Assembly: GCF_009914755.1 (NCBI RefSeq)
Contig: NC_060939.1
Origin: the human T2T-CHM13v2.0 reference genome, Homo sapiens
Direction: 5' to 3' (one strand)
Length of the DNA stretch: 64,000 nucleotides
In this document: piece after piece, positions 33,501 to 52,467 of the stretch
Numbering within the stretch: the stretch's first letter is position 1
Layout: the number at the start of each line of letters is the position of its first letter
Notes under the pieces: model-generated
What the model saw: the letters and a program-made list of their open reading frames with translations, nothing else
The model's database searches: none
Told to the model about the DNA's origin: nothing
Translations under genes and position numbers: made by a program

Positions 33501-33840
33501 TTCATTTGAAATGGTTGAATCTGCTGTGTAATAAAGTGGTTCAACCATGATTAGGAACTGAAATTTAGTAGAAGAGGGAAAAGGAGTTAATGTAACAAAT
33601 TATTTTAGCTACAAACCCCGGTAATAGAGCACTTGGGGGATGGGATGGGGTGGGTTGGTGAGACAATCAGAATGGTAAATTGATTAAATGCTCCTAACCC
33701 TGTAATTTTGTGCATAGAGCACCCTATGCTGTGGAAATAACTGTTCTTAGATTTCATTGTAACTGGACTGTTCAGGTTGCCCAGAGGGAAAGAACATTCC
33801 TAATTCTAATAAAATAAACTTTTATTTTGTTATTCCATTA
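30570..33840 (+). other. ARIH1: ARIH1 3'UTR (core part with no recognisable repeats; may extend further)
   Basis: Follows the stop codon; ~3.3 kb with no Alu or L1, unlike the flanks; ends near a tandem AATAAA with a downstream U/GU-rich tract. Confidence 0.75.
33808..33818 (+). terminator. Tandem overlapping AATAAA polyadenylation signals
   Basis: aataaaataaa followed ~25-40 nt later by the U/GU-rich gttacttatgtttattttta. Confidence 0.7.
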
Positions 33841-34493
33841 GTTACTTATGTTTATTTTTATAGTTAAAAAATGACTAAAGGTGGCTAATAGCCACCCGTA
33901 TTATGTGCCTTATTCACTGTTCCCACTTAATATAAAATGTCAAAAATTGGTTGTTTCTTTGCAGGGAACTGTGAATGAGCCCATTCCCCCAACATTTAAC
34001 TTGGTTAATGAAGCTTTCAGAGCATTTTCTGAAAGATTTCCAATTTCTGCATCTCAGATATTGAATTTAAATTGTTTGTGTTGTAACAGTGATACAAAAA
34101 TGTTCAATAGCTCTTTGAATGCCACTTTTTTTAAAGAAAATACTTTAAAAGTCATTCTTAGCTAACCTCAAAACTCCTTTACATTACTTTCATTTTAGCT
34201 CACTCTTAAAGCTGATACTGTTATATAGGGATGAAGGGAGAGTTTTCTTAAAGAAGGTCCCAAAGTTGAAGATCGTTTGTCATTGATACTCTGGCCAAGT
34301 CCAGGTTTTAGGACAATTTAATTTACTCTTATTTGGATCTGTAATTATGGGAGTTTATCACTTTTCCTCTTCAAAGCACTTCAACTTACTGTCTAAAACA
34401 AGTGGAGAAGAAATTGCCATTTTTTATAAAGGAGGAAGATAAGGCTCACTGAGGTTAAATAACTCCCTCAATTTTTCATTTCCTTCTACCTGA

Positions 34494-34590
34494 AACTTAA
34501 CATCATGCTACCTCTTTGTATCATATTTTGTTATTCTGGTCACAGAATGACCTAGTATTCTGTACCAGGGAAGGTAGTTCTTAACTATAT
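34494..34590 (+). ncRNA. MIR630: MIR630 precursor hairpin (mature AGUAUUCUGUACCAGGGAAGGU at 34554-34575)
   Basis: Matches the recalled hsa-mir-630 stem-loop; visible pairing gttattctg/cagaatgac around a gtca loop and ctacct/aggtag at the base. Confidence 0.88.
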
Positions 34591-35617
34591 TGTTGTACTT
34601 TTAAACCACATTAAAGACTATTATAAATGCCTATCACTGCTACTGTTAGAGGTTGCTCTATACTATCTCTGATCTTTCATTTGTTGCAGTTTGCAACACA
34701 GTAGTTGAGAATAAGTGGTTTAGTATGATTTGCTTAATAGTACCCAAGTAATTTGCAGTTGTTGGTTTAGTTATTCAAATGAATTTCCATTGTAAAGAAT
34801 TTTGGATAGTCTGCAGGAAATTGTTACAGGATGCACAGAACATCCCATATCCATTGGATCTCAGCCTTTGAGGCTTTAAAAAGATGATAAGCAGTGAGTT
34901 TTATGAGAAAATTTTGGCTCCTTCAGAAACAGGAAGATAAGTGGGCCCCTCAGATTTTTCATATATCTTTGGGGATAAAGTTGGTTATATCTGGTTTATT
35001 TTAGGGATTTTGCTTCTGTAGTTACCCAAGATCAAATAGCCAACTCAGAAATACTCAGTTGGATATCAATCAAATAGTGCCTACCAGGGGAGTAAACAGA
35101 CAACTTTTAGGTTTTTAGTTTTTGCTTTTGTGTGGAGTTGAGTCCAATTTTTAAGGCAACTATTGTTGACCTTTCTCTAGGCGGTAGCATTTAGGATGGG
35201 AAAAAATAATATGAGTTATGTGCGAAAAGCAGTTTTCAGGCTATCATTTAGGGCCACAGATATGCTTATTTAGGACTATTTTCAGGGTAGGAGCCAGTTA
35301 AAGTTTGTATATCAGTCACACATTGATATGTAGCAGCTCTATCAATACCACAACAACCTTATTACCATAGTAATTCAGGGGTCTCAAGTAATCCAGGAGT
35401 CTCAAACTGAAATGTCAACAAGAGCCAAGTAAATATTTTAGAAATAGAGTACCCTGGAGTAGATGGGCTCTGAGAGGAGCCTGTGAAATCCAGACTTCAT
35501 GTGAATTCTCTTAATTAAATGTGGGCCAAAGAAAACCCGGCCATGGGCAGTTTTTTTTTCCCAGCTTCTACTAGTCTTGGCTTGCAACAATGCCACTGTC
35601 CATCTGGCATTACCTAG

Positions 35618-35822
35618 ACCGGTGATACTTAAACTTGACTGCGAATTGGAATCACTGAGAAGCTTTAAAAAATATTAGTGCCTGAGTGTTACTTTATGGA
35701 GATTATGATTTAATTGCTTTGGGTAGGCATCAGTAATTTTTGTAAAGCCCTTTACGCATTCTCACCCCTAATTCCAGCCGGTGATTCTCACATGCAGACT
35801 AGGTTGAGATCCTTGATCTAGA
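35618..35822. mobile_element. MER5A-like hAT MITE
   Basis: aaacttgactgcgaattggaatcac...ggtgattctcacatgcag...ggttgaga. Confidence 0.6.
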
Positions 35823-38205
35823 CTGCCTTCTATAGTTGCAAAAAGAGAATATAGGCGAGCAACTCCAGATCATAAGGGACAAAATGATTCAAGGCAAATT
35901 GACTGGCTCAGAATAGGGCCTCACTGGAGGCCCTAGTTGAGTGGGTTTTGTGGAATGGTGCCTCCCAAGGGTCTGGTGTGCAGTGCCCAATTTGGTTTTT
36001 TGTTGGTTTTCTGGTAAGTGGTCCACCTTGGAGAAAATCACAAAACTAAAAGTCTTACCAAGAAGTAGAACTGACAAGCAGCCATGTTGATTGGCAGTAC
36101 ATTCTCTTACCAAGGGGGAGAAATCTATCTAGGGAAAATAATACAGAGTCTGAGCAAAGGAAGTTGAGTGGTTATAAGCAAAACTGTCATTAAAGCTAGT
36201 TGCGTCAAGTCTGCACAATTCCACGAGCACTTAAGAGTTTACAAGTTTCTCATGTCTATCATTCTTTTGATAATCTTGTATTTTTATTTCAAGTGTGGTA
36301 TAGTAGTAAGAATATTGGTATTTCTCAGCCATAGATTTCCCTTTTGTAAAATGGGAATACTAATAGGAACTGTAATTTGTTGAGTGCTTTTTGCCAGATG
36401 CCTTACTTTTGTCTGTATCTTCCAAGCAGCCCTAAAGCAAAATGGGCATTGTTACCCTATTTTTATGAGGAAAGACACTCATATACTACTAACTTACTCA
36501 AAAGTTACACATTGAGTGTATAACAGGGCCATGCTTGTCTGATTCCATATGTTCATTCTATTATGCTGCTGTTGTCTGTTACATAGGAATATTGTGAGGA
36601 TCAAAGAACATGTGAAAACAAAACCTAGTTACAATAATAAGCACACCAGTGCTAACTTGGGCAAAAGATAAGGATACAGAGCTGTCTCAGAGACTCCCAA
36701 AGGCAGGATGAGATTGGGAACTAGAAAACCATTTTGGACCCCTAAAGTGGTATTGTCTACTATCTGTACATCATTCTCTTACAGCTCTTACTGCTGCTTT
36801 TCCTGTCAGTTACCCCATAGCTCCAGGTATTACATGTTAACTGTTCCTGACACATGTAGACAGAACCAATCAGATCCATGGGGCAGGATCATCAATACAA
36901 ACATGGGTGTTGAGAGCTTAACTTAATCGGGAAGGAGATCTTGGAGATCATAGTTCGCTGGGTTCACATCATGGAAATCGTCTTTGACAAAACTGAAATG
37001 CCCTGAAGTTTTAATTTTTTAAATATATGTAATGAATTGGTATATGGTAGATACTCGTGGCTACTTAGTATTTACCAAATGCTTTGTTTCCATCTCGTTT
37101 ATTTTTATTTTTTATTTTTTTAAGAGACAGTCTTGCTATGTTGCCCAGGCTGGACTTGAACTCCTAGTCTCAGCCAACCCCTTCTGCCTCAGCCTCCTGA
37201 GTAGCTGGGATCATAGGCATGTGCCACTGCTCCTAGCTCTTCCATCTCAGTCTTATGATGTAGTTACTATTTTCATTTTATAAATAAGAAAATAGAAGCT
37301 CAAATAAAATGGGTAGTTTCCTTGAGGTCATCCTGTTAGTAAGTGGTGGAATGAAGTTACAAACCTAGGTTTTATTGGTCAGCACACACAGTGCCGGGCA
37401 CTGGCAGTACAGCAGTGAACAAAAGGTCTGTTGGTTTGTCTGAAGCTCTCAACCTTGATTCTGCATAGACTCGGTGGATTGCCCAAGGCCACTCAACCAG
37501 TTAATATCAGAGCCAGCTCTGCTGTTTGACCAGTATATTATTTTCACCATGCTGTATCTGCTTCTCAGTCACCAAAAGCACCAGCTAAAATTGTATATAG
37601 ACTGATTAGGGGACTTCCAACCTAAGATTGTCCTGGAAACTTAATTCTTATCTTGGCTCATCTCTTCAAAACAGATGCCTCTTTCGTTGGTGACCTCAGA
37701 TACACTGTTCAGAAGTACTCAAAGTATTCCTTTTTTCTCACATTTGAGAGTCACTCTAGCATTTTAATGAGTTAAGCAAGCCAGCCCTGCATTTCCAAAC
37801 CCTTCCCAGAAGTCTAACCTTACTTTGATCTGATGACATGGGCTTTTTAAAAGATTACTATTTTTTTTAGAGGTGGGGTCTCACTATGTTGCCCAGGCTG
37901 GAATATAATGGCTATTCACAGGCACAGTTAGGGTGCACTACTGCCGTGAACTCCAGGACTCAAGCCATCTTCCTGCCACAGCCTCCTGAGTAACCTAGGA
38001 CTATAGGTGCATGCCACCATGCCCAGCTGACAATGGCTTTATATACATAATATTTCCTCAGCAACAATTTATGTCTTATTTGGCACCTGTAAAACCCTCT
38101 TCACTGATTATGCCTGTTTAAAGGTTTGGTATTTACTCCAAGTCACCTGCCTTTAGCCATGGAGTATTCAAGTTTCTTTCAGAATGAGAATTTGGAGGGT
38201 GCTCA

Positions 38206-38688
<483 letters not shown>

Positions 38689-39689
38689 TTAAATGGCTGT
38701 TCTTAGAATTATGAATCTGAGGCTTATGCAGTGAGGCTCTAGCTCTCTGGAGTCAGTTGGTCAAGTGGGATTCCTGAGGACTGAGCAAACACACACAGAG
38801 CAGGATTTTGTCCTAAGTTTTCTTAGGGATCCTATCCAAAAACACCATTACTTGAATTTCCCAGCTTCCTTTTACAGGGAGACTTCCTTGCTATGTGTAC
38901 TCCCACCTCGGTATGTCAAATCATTTTCTCAGAGGAAGTACAGCATAAAATAATAACCAGCATTTGTAGAGCACTTCTTGTGGGCCTTCTTGGGCAAATA
39001 GACATTCTCATGGAATGCTCTAAAATTGTTAAGTTCTTGCACTTGCTCTCAAGTCATTTATAATCTAATTGCTGGTCTTCCTGGTATGAACAAAGATGTT
39101 TGCTTGTTAATAAATTCCTACCACATACCCAGACTTGTGGTTTATTTCTATCTAACTAGGGAAAGCACTAAAGAGTTTTCCAATAAGGAAGAATGATCTG
39201 AGTGTCTACCTGCTTTGGAAAAGATGTCTGCCATGGATAGGAAATGATTTTGTATCCCAAAATCCTAGTACTAATTTGGAGTGTTGTAAAGGTCAGGGCA
39301 GCAAATGCTAGAGAGTGGGATTAATGAAAAGTTATAGTGTTCTGCATGCCTTTGAATAATTAATTTTTACTCCATTTTTACTCGCTTGCAATAAAGTAGG
39401 TTAAGTGCTGTACTTTAAGGAAGTCCATGTACAAGCCAGTGCCTTAACAATGGTCAAATGGTTGCTCACTAACCAATGGAAATAAATGACTGTTGTTTCC
39501 ACAAAATTGCTTTACAGATTCTAAATGCTATCTCTGGGACACTGGATTGTGTGCTCTTTAAGATAAATTCCATAATCAAGGGCCTGGCCCTGAATAGATT
39601 GGAGCCCAAAAATCTCACTGAAGCAAAGAGATAATAGGCCAGTAAAGAGTGGGAGACAAACACTCCTGGAATAGGAAGCCACTACTCAC

Positions 39690-44400
<4,711 letters not shown>

Positions 44401-45234
44401 AGAAATTGAAGAAAATGTTTACTTCCAAAACAGAGCATGCCCTTTGTTTTTTTTTTCAGGCCACTTGAATGGTGGCTCAATCTGATGTATATGAATTCTA
44501 GACTGGGGCTTCACTGCAGTTTTAGTTTGATTCAGTTTGCCTCTAGCTTCAAATATTTGAAGGAACGTAGAATCAGAACTCTCATATCACCAGGGCCTGA
44601 GTTTTGGGCATTGGCAAGATTCCAGAGATCTGACTTTGCTTCATAGCTAAGCCACCAGCTTTTATCAATGTGGGAGATCTTTCCCTACTTTACAACCTTG
44701 CTGCCAGGATTTTTTTTTTTAATCAATGGGCTGGGGATAGGAGGATCTTTCTCAGCTCTCATGTGTGCCCTGCCCTTTTGTAGAGGAATGCCCACAATGC
44801 CTAGGGGATGGGTTTCTCAGCATTTCTGACCCCATTTAGGCTCCAAGAGTGCCTCTGTTGGATTTCACAACAATCCTGCCTCCCCTTTCATTTTTAAAGG
44901 GTATTTTGCCCTTGGGAGAAGTCAAGCTCTCTCAGCGTTCCTTCTATTATCCACACCTTTAGTGTACTACACCTTCCTGTACCTGGTTATCATCTAAGGG
45001 GTAAGATTGGTGGGAAGCCTTCCTCTGTGGATTTGGGTCATCTAGGTTCTAATGTCAAACCAGCCTCCAAGGGGTTGTGAAAATGTTGTTAAATTTCAGC
45101 AGGTTTCTCTTTTCTCCCCCCTGTAGTATTCCTCTTCCTACCATAGTTCAACTAGGAATAACAACAGCTAGGGGGTCTCTTCTCTCCTATGAAGGACTTG
45201 GCACTTTCTGGAGTTTGGATCATTTAGGTTTCTT

Positions 45235-46604
<1,370 letters not shown>

Positions 46605-47331
46605 TCATTAACTGTTTTCAAAAGTAAAAGTACATGGATAATACAAAGTTAAATTTTGTAGAATCATAAAGAAAAGCAACACCTTCCCATCTTAACTCCC
46701 CTAGTGCCTCTACTCCCTCCACAGAGACAAATATCTTACCAGTTGGTTGTGTTTTCTTTTCCAAACTGTATTTCTAAAATGTGTCAATATCTCTTCCTTT
46801 TATTTTTTATTTTTTGTAGAGACAGGGGTCTCACTGTGCTGCCTAGGCTGGTCTCAAACTCCTGGCCTCCTACCTCGACTTCTCATAGTTCTGGCGTGAG
46901 CTACTGCACCTGGCCTCCCCCTTATTATTTTTTTAAACATGAATGGAAGCATACTATATTTTCTACACTTTATTTGTTTTATGTAACTATTTTAACAACC
47001 TGAGGACTTTTACAGGCTGCATAATATGTCTTAATATGGATGTATCTTAGTTTATTTAAACAGTTACTGGTGATGGACATTTCCATGTTTCCAGTATTTT
47101 TTCTCACAAACAATGCAGTATTATGCCTTTGTCCACATTCACCATTGATTGCTATTGAGTATATCTGTAGCATCAAGAATAGGCATACTGAAAATCCTCC
47201 ATGAAGTCCAGTGAAGCTTCATATTATTTTGAAGTGATATTTCCCAAAGTGTTGGCTGGACTCTCAAGCGTTTGTGGTATAGGTTTTGGGAGGACTGGAC
47301 ACTTCCAAAGAGAAATAAGATGTTACAGACT

Positions 47332-47350
47332 TGTCCAGCAGGTGGCATCA
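47332..47350 (+). promoter_or_regulatory. Candidate CTCF binding site
   Basis: TGTCCAGCAGGTGGCATCA closely fits the CTCF core CCASYAGRKGGCR; lies in a unique, non-repeat patch. Confidence 0.6.
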
Positions 47351-47671
47351 GAACAAAGCTGGCTATGGACCTTGTCAGTACAAATGATAAAACATTAAAA
47401 ATGTAAAAACTCAACTGTAGCTCCTTGTTTATACATATATTGGGGGTGTTGAAAAGTTACCGATGCCTGATTCCTCTTCTATGTCCTCAGCCCCCACCAT
47501 AAAAATAGATAAATGCCATTTTTTTTGTATGCCCAGCACAGCTATATGATTTGAATAATCTTGATAAGCAGGGTCACATTTGAGGAGATTTGCTAAGGGA
47601 AATGAAGATCCATCTGTGACACAAGAAACATGTTCTATGTGATTTCTGGGATTTTCCTGTGAACATACTTC

Positions 47672-47965
47672 TTGTTTGTTTGTTTTACAGTGGATCTCAC
47701 TCTGTCACCCAGGCTGGAGTTCAGTGGTGCAATCATAGCTCACTGCAACCTTGAGCTCCTGGGCTCAGGAGAGCCTCTCTCCTCAGTCTCCCAAGTAGCT
47801 AGGACTACAGACACATGCCATCATGCCAGGCTCATTTTAAAATTTTTTGTAGAGACGGATCTCACTATGTTGCTCAGGCTGGTATTGAACTCCTGGGCTC
47901 AAGCAATCCTCCTGCCTCAGCATCTCAAAGTGTTGGGATTACAGGTGTGAACCATAGTATCCAAG
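47672..47965 (-). mobile_element. Alu (AluJ-like)
   Basis: Diverged Alu body. Confidence 0.85.
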
Positions 47966-48249
47966 CTATTATGTTTTTTTAAAAAGAGATTGTTCTAATT
48001 ATGTATATAATTAAAGTACATTAGGTTTAGTGATTGCAATTTGAGAAACCAATGTCCTTTCTTATTGAAAAAGGCCCTGGTACAGAAAGTGTTCTATCTT
48101 CCTCACAAGATCTGAGGTCAAAGGAGAGATTTTGAAACATTATAGCAATGGCTTCTAGTTATTGAATAAAGAATGTCATTTGCTCCTCACAGGACCCCTT
48201 TCAGGGAGATTTCACATATTGGGAAACAGCCTCATGAGCTTTCTACAAA

Positions 48250-49750
48250 CATCTTTGTCCTTAAGTCTTCCCATTTCAGTAATTGGCTGTACCACTCATC
48301 CAGCAGCTTTCAAAGTTAGAAACCTGGCAATCTTCCTTTAACATCCATTTCCCTTTCCCTCATTCCCCCATATCCAATCATGTGTATTGGAGGTTTTTCC
48401 ACCTCTAAACTTGAGAACCCATTTACTTTTTCTCCATCTCCTTTGCCATCACACTAGTCCAAGTGAAGTGTTTCATCATCTCATTTGCAGCATCCTTTAG
48501 TTTACCCTAGATTATCAATTTTTGTCCCCCTCCCAATTCAGTCTCTACTCATGAGCTAACATGAGTTTATTAAGTGTTCATTCTGACCATGCCATTCCTT
48601 GCTCAAAATTCTCTAGTGCCTTCCCAATGCCCTTAAAATAAAATTCCTCATATGGCCTTTGTGGATCTGCACTCCTACCTCTTCTCCTATTGCAACCAAC
48701 CCTGTTACCTTTTTCTCTTTTCACACTGGTCTTCATTCTGTGCTGCAAACTGGCTGAGATTCTTCCATCCTCAGGGCCTTTGCACAAGTTCTTCCTTTGC
48801 CTTAGAATTCTTTCCTGGCCTGCACATGTCTTCATCCCCTTTCCCTAAGCTAATGCCTTACCCTTTAGGTCTCATTTTAAACATCTCTTACCCAGGAAAA
48901 ATTTCCCTGTCCAAACAAGTCTAGATTGGCTCCCCATTGTTTGTTCTAACTGTTCTATATTTCTCCTTCTTAGCATTTATCACAATTCTTGGTATGTTGT
49001 GCTTTTCACTTTCTTAGTCGCTATTATTGGAGTAGGTAATACATCCATATAGTACAAAATTCAAAATGTATTAAAGGTATAGAGTAAAAAGTCTTCTCTT
49101 CCCTGTCCCCCCGCTACCCAGTTCTCCTCTTTAGAACCACTTTTAGCATTTTGAATATCCTTCCAGAAATATTTTCTAAGTATACAAGCAATTATGTATA
49201 TAATATTCCTCTTTATTTTTGCCTTTTTATTAATACAGATACTATATGCATTTTCTGCACTTTATCTGTTAATAATATATCTTGGCAATTATTCAATATT
49301 AATATGTAAATAGTTGCCTCTTTCTTTTTCATGCGCCATATAATATGGACTTATAATTTATTTAACCTCTATCTAGGTTGGTTTTAGGCATTGGTTATTA
49401 CAAATAATGCTGCATTGAATACCTTTGTATGTAAAGTCATTTCCCACATCTATGCCTATAGAATAAATTACTAGAATTGAAATAATTCAGTTAAAGATTA
49501 TGTGCATTTTTAATTTTGGTAGTTATTGCCAAACTGCTCTCAATGGAAGTTTTATGAATTCCCACTAGTGAATGCATTTGTCCTCACAATTATGTCAGTG
49601 AAATTTTTGTTCTTTGCCAATGCAAGAAATGGAAAGTATCTCTTGGAAACTAATTTGCATGTTTTTTTTCCTTGCACAGTTATATTTTCATATGTTAAAG
49701 AGCCATTTGTATTTCTTGGTGAATTGTTCATAAACTTTGCTTACTTATTA
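48250..49750. mobile_element. Ancient L2 fragment (~48250-48990) followed by an L1ME-like fragment
   Basis: L2-like ttctgaccatgccattccttgctcaaaa...cagggcctttgcac; L1ME-like caaaattcaaaatg. Confidence 0.6.
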
Positions 49751-50465
49751 TCTAATGTCTGACTAATTTGCTACACTCTAAATTCCCAATTCATACTTAA
49801 GTCTCGCCCTTGCAATTTAGATGTACAATCTGCCTCTTCAGTGGTTTCCACACCAAAAAATCCACAGGCTCCTGAATTTTATATGGGCCTAAGAGTCTTA
49901 CTGAAAATTGGAAGTCTTAAGGTGTAGTCTATTTTATGCAGTGTGAGGCCTTTCATGCTCTGAAATGTACCACTCTTGACTGACTTTTTCTTCTTCACCC
50001 TGTCCGGCACTGTGCCCTTATTAGCCAGAGAAATGTTCCCCCTTTCTCCCAGGAAACGTTCTGACCTTACCCTGGTCCCTCAAGGACTCTCCTTCTCCCC
50101 CAAATTAACTTTCAAGGAGTTTCTCCAACCCAAAATGGCACCCTTCCTGAAAAGATTTCTAGTGGATACTGTTTTCTGTACCTCACTACGGATGTATTTT
50201 GCTGCTTGGCTCCCCGTCTCCATTTTGCTATGGCAAACATTTTTTTCCAGAAATATATCAGATAAAATGAACAAGTGGTCCCTTTTGTTGATTTTTGTTG
50301 GGATCCATGGTATTGATTTCTTCTAGTTTAGATAATTCCACCGTGGCAAGCTTTTATTCCTAGCATAGCGCTCATGAGGAGAATGTTAGTCACTTGGTGT
50401 TATTAATGCTAAAATAGTAAACAAGAACACAAAATTTGCTAGATTAGAAGTGGATTTTTTTTCCA

Positions 50466-50769
50466 GGCTGGGCACAGTGGCTCATGCCTGTAATCCCAGC
50501 AGTTTGGGAGGCTGAGGCAGGCAGATTGCTTTGAGCTCACGAATTCGAGACCAGCCTGGGCAACATGGAGAAACCCCGTCTGTACTGGGGCTAATTTTAC
50601 CAAAAAAACTAGCCAGGTGTGGTGGCACACACCTGTGGTCCCAGCTACTGGGGAGGCTGAGGTGGAAGGATGGCTTGAGCCTGGGAGGCAGAGGTTGCAG
50701 TGAGCCTAGTTAGTGCCATTGCACTCCAGCCTGGGTGACATGTCTCAAAAAAAAAAAAAAAAAAAAAAA
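50466..50769 (+). mobile_element. Alu near the GC-content transition
   Basis: Alu body plus long poly(A). Confidence 0.9.
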
Positions 50770-52239
50770 GGTAAGGAATGAATTAACATGAATGAAAAAG
50801 GCATGATCTGCAGTCAGTCACCCATGGTCAAAGATAGCAGATACCAATTCATTCTCAGAGCGAAACGAAATCAGCCCAATGCTTTTGGCAAACTGTGGTT
50901 GCCTCCCTGTCATCATCATCTGGGCTCACTGTGGCTCGCCCTTCTGGCCTTGCTTCTGACCTTGCCATCTCTGGGGAGGCTTCTTTGCAAGCCCAAGCTT
51001 GGGCTCCCCTTCTCAGAACCATGTGCATACTTGTCCTGGAACTGTTTTGTTTTTTTTTGTTTTTTTTTTTTTTTTTTTTTTGCCTGTGCCTCTTGGAGGG
51101 CAGGGGCCATCTGGCACAAACCTGCATCCCCGCAGTTGCTAAATTAATGAACAAACAAATACCAAGTCTTTCACAATGTAACTTGAGAGTGGAGGTAGTG
51201 GTAGTGGCAACTCCATCTGGGGGATGAGAGAAGGTGGAGGCTGAGTTTTGGGGATGGCTTGCAACAGAAGAGGAGAGATTATTAGCAGCTAAAGGAGTGG
51301 CCAGGGTGAACACCAAGCATTTTCCTGACTGGGGAGCTGTGGGTTTGTTTATGGCTGGGTAAGGGGTGAAACCAGTGAGCAGGAGAGATAGCTAGTACTG
51401 GACTGGAGTGAAAGGCATCTGTAGAGGCAGGAGACAGGATGGGGAGGTAGAGGAGTTGGCCTAGGACAGGACAGCACTTATTTGAAGACTGGTGGGCAGG
51501 AGGAAAGGAAGGAGAGGGATTGAGAAATGACCTGGAGGTCCTCAGTCAGCTGGGAGAAGACCTGGAAGAGGGGGATTGGCTGCTGTTGGGATGGAGAGGA
51601 GGGCCAGGGGAGGCAGTGACTCACACGGAGGGAGGCTCGGGGATGGGGACTTTGGCAGTGGGGGGTGGGAAAGACATACTCGCAGGGGATCGGAAGGCCC
51701 CGTGGCAACTTTGTGTAAGTCCTGGTTCAGTCAAGGAGAGGAATCCGAGGGAAATGCCTGATTGGACCCATGGCCCACTCTGAGAGAAAGGGGTACTGTG
51801 GGTGTGCAGGAGGAAGAGCAGCTGGGAAGTAGGAGTGCCTAGGACTGGATCCAACTGGAAAGGGGGCAGATATGCTCCCAGGATCAGGGTAGGGACCCTC
51901 TAGGAAGGGGGCGTTCTGAGAGGGAGGTTGTGGGGAGCACTGTATGGGGGTCCTTGGAGGTGATTTCTGGGAAGGGGAAGTCTGGGGCAGGGCTGTGAGG
52001 AGTCAGGAAAGAAACTGTGGAGTCCGTTCCTCACCCACCTCCTGAGCCCTGGGGTCTGAGGCCCCCAGGAAAGAGGGTTCAGTGGCACAGGAGGGTCCAG
52101 GGCAGGAGAGAGAAAGCAGCCTCTCAGGTCTTCTTGGAAAGGAACTCTGACCACCAGTGTGAATAGTCTTGCAGAAAGCTAAGCGGACACCAAGTGAAAG
52201 CTGGCCCCTCCCCTCTCCCAGAGTGGGAGGGGCCAGCGG

Positions 52240-52467
52240 TTGCATGGGCAGCTTTCCTTGTGATGCCACAGTCCTCTGGACACACTGCTGCCTTGCCACA
52301 CCTCCTTTCCCTTTCATCTTTCTCATCAACCAATGGGCTTGGCAGCATTGAGGCCATGCCCCTATTCTGTGTTCTAGTGTGGCCCTGGTTATCCCTCCTC
52401 TGACTCAGTTGCACAGCTACCTGGCAGGTGACCGGAGGTGTTTAGCAGTCTTGCCTGGATTGCGCTG
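52240..52467 (+). promoter_or_regulatory. Remnant GOLGA-duplicon promoter/5'UTR
   Basis: CCAAT at 52330-52334, degenerate GC/KLF box gccatgcccc and TGACTCA at 52401-52407, directly upstream of the golgin ATG. Confidence 0.45.

Noticed and set aside
51044-51080. Orphan polyT as the tail of a processed pseudogene
   Set aside because: No poly(A) signal, TSD or recognisable mRNA next to it
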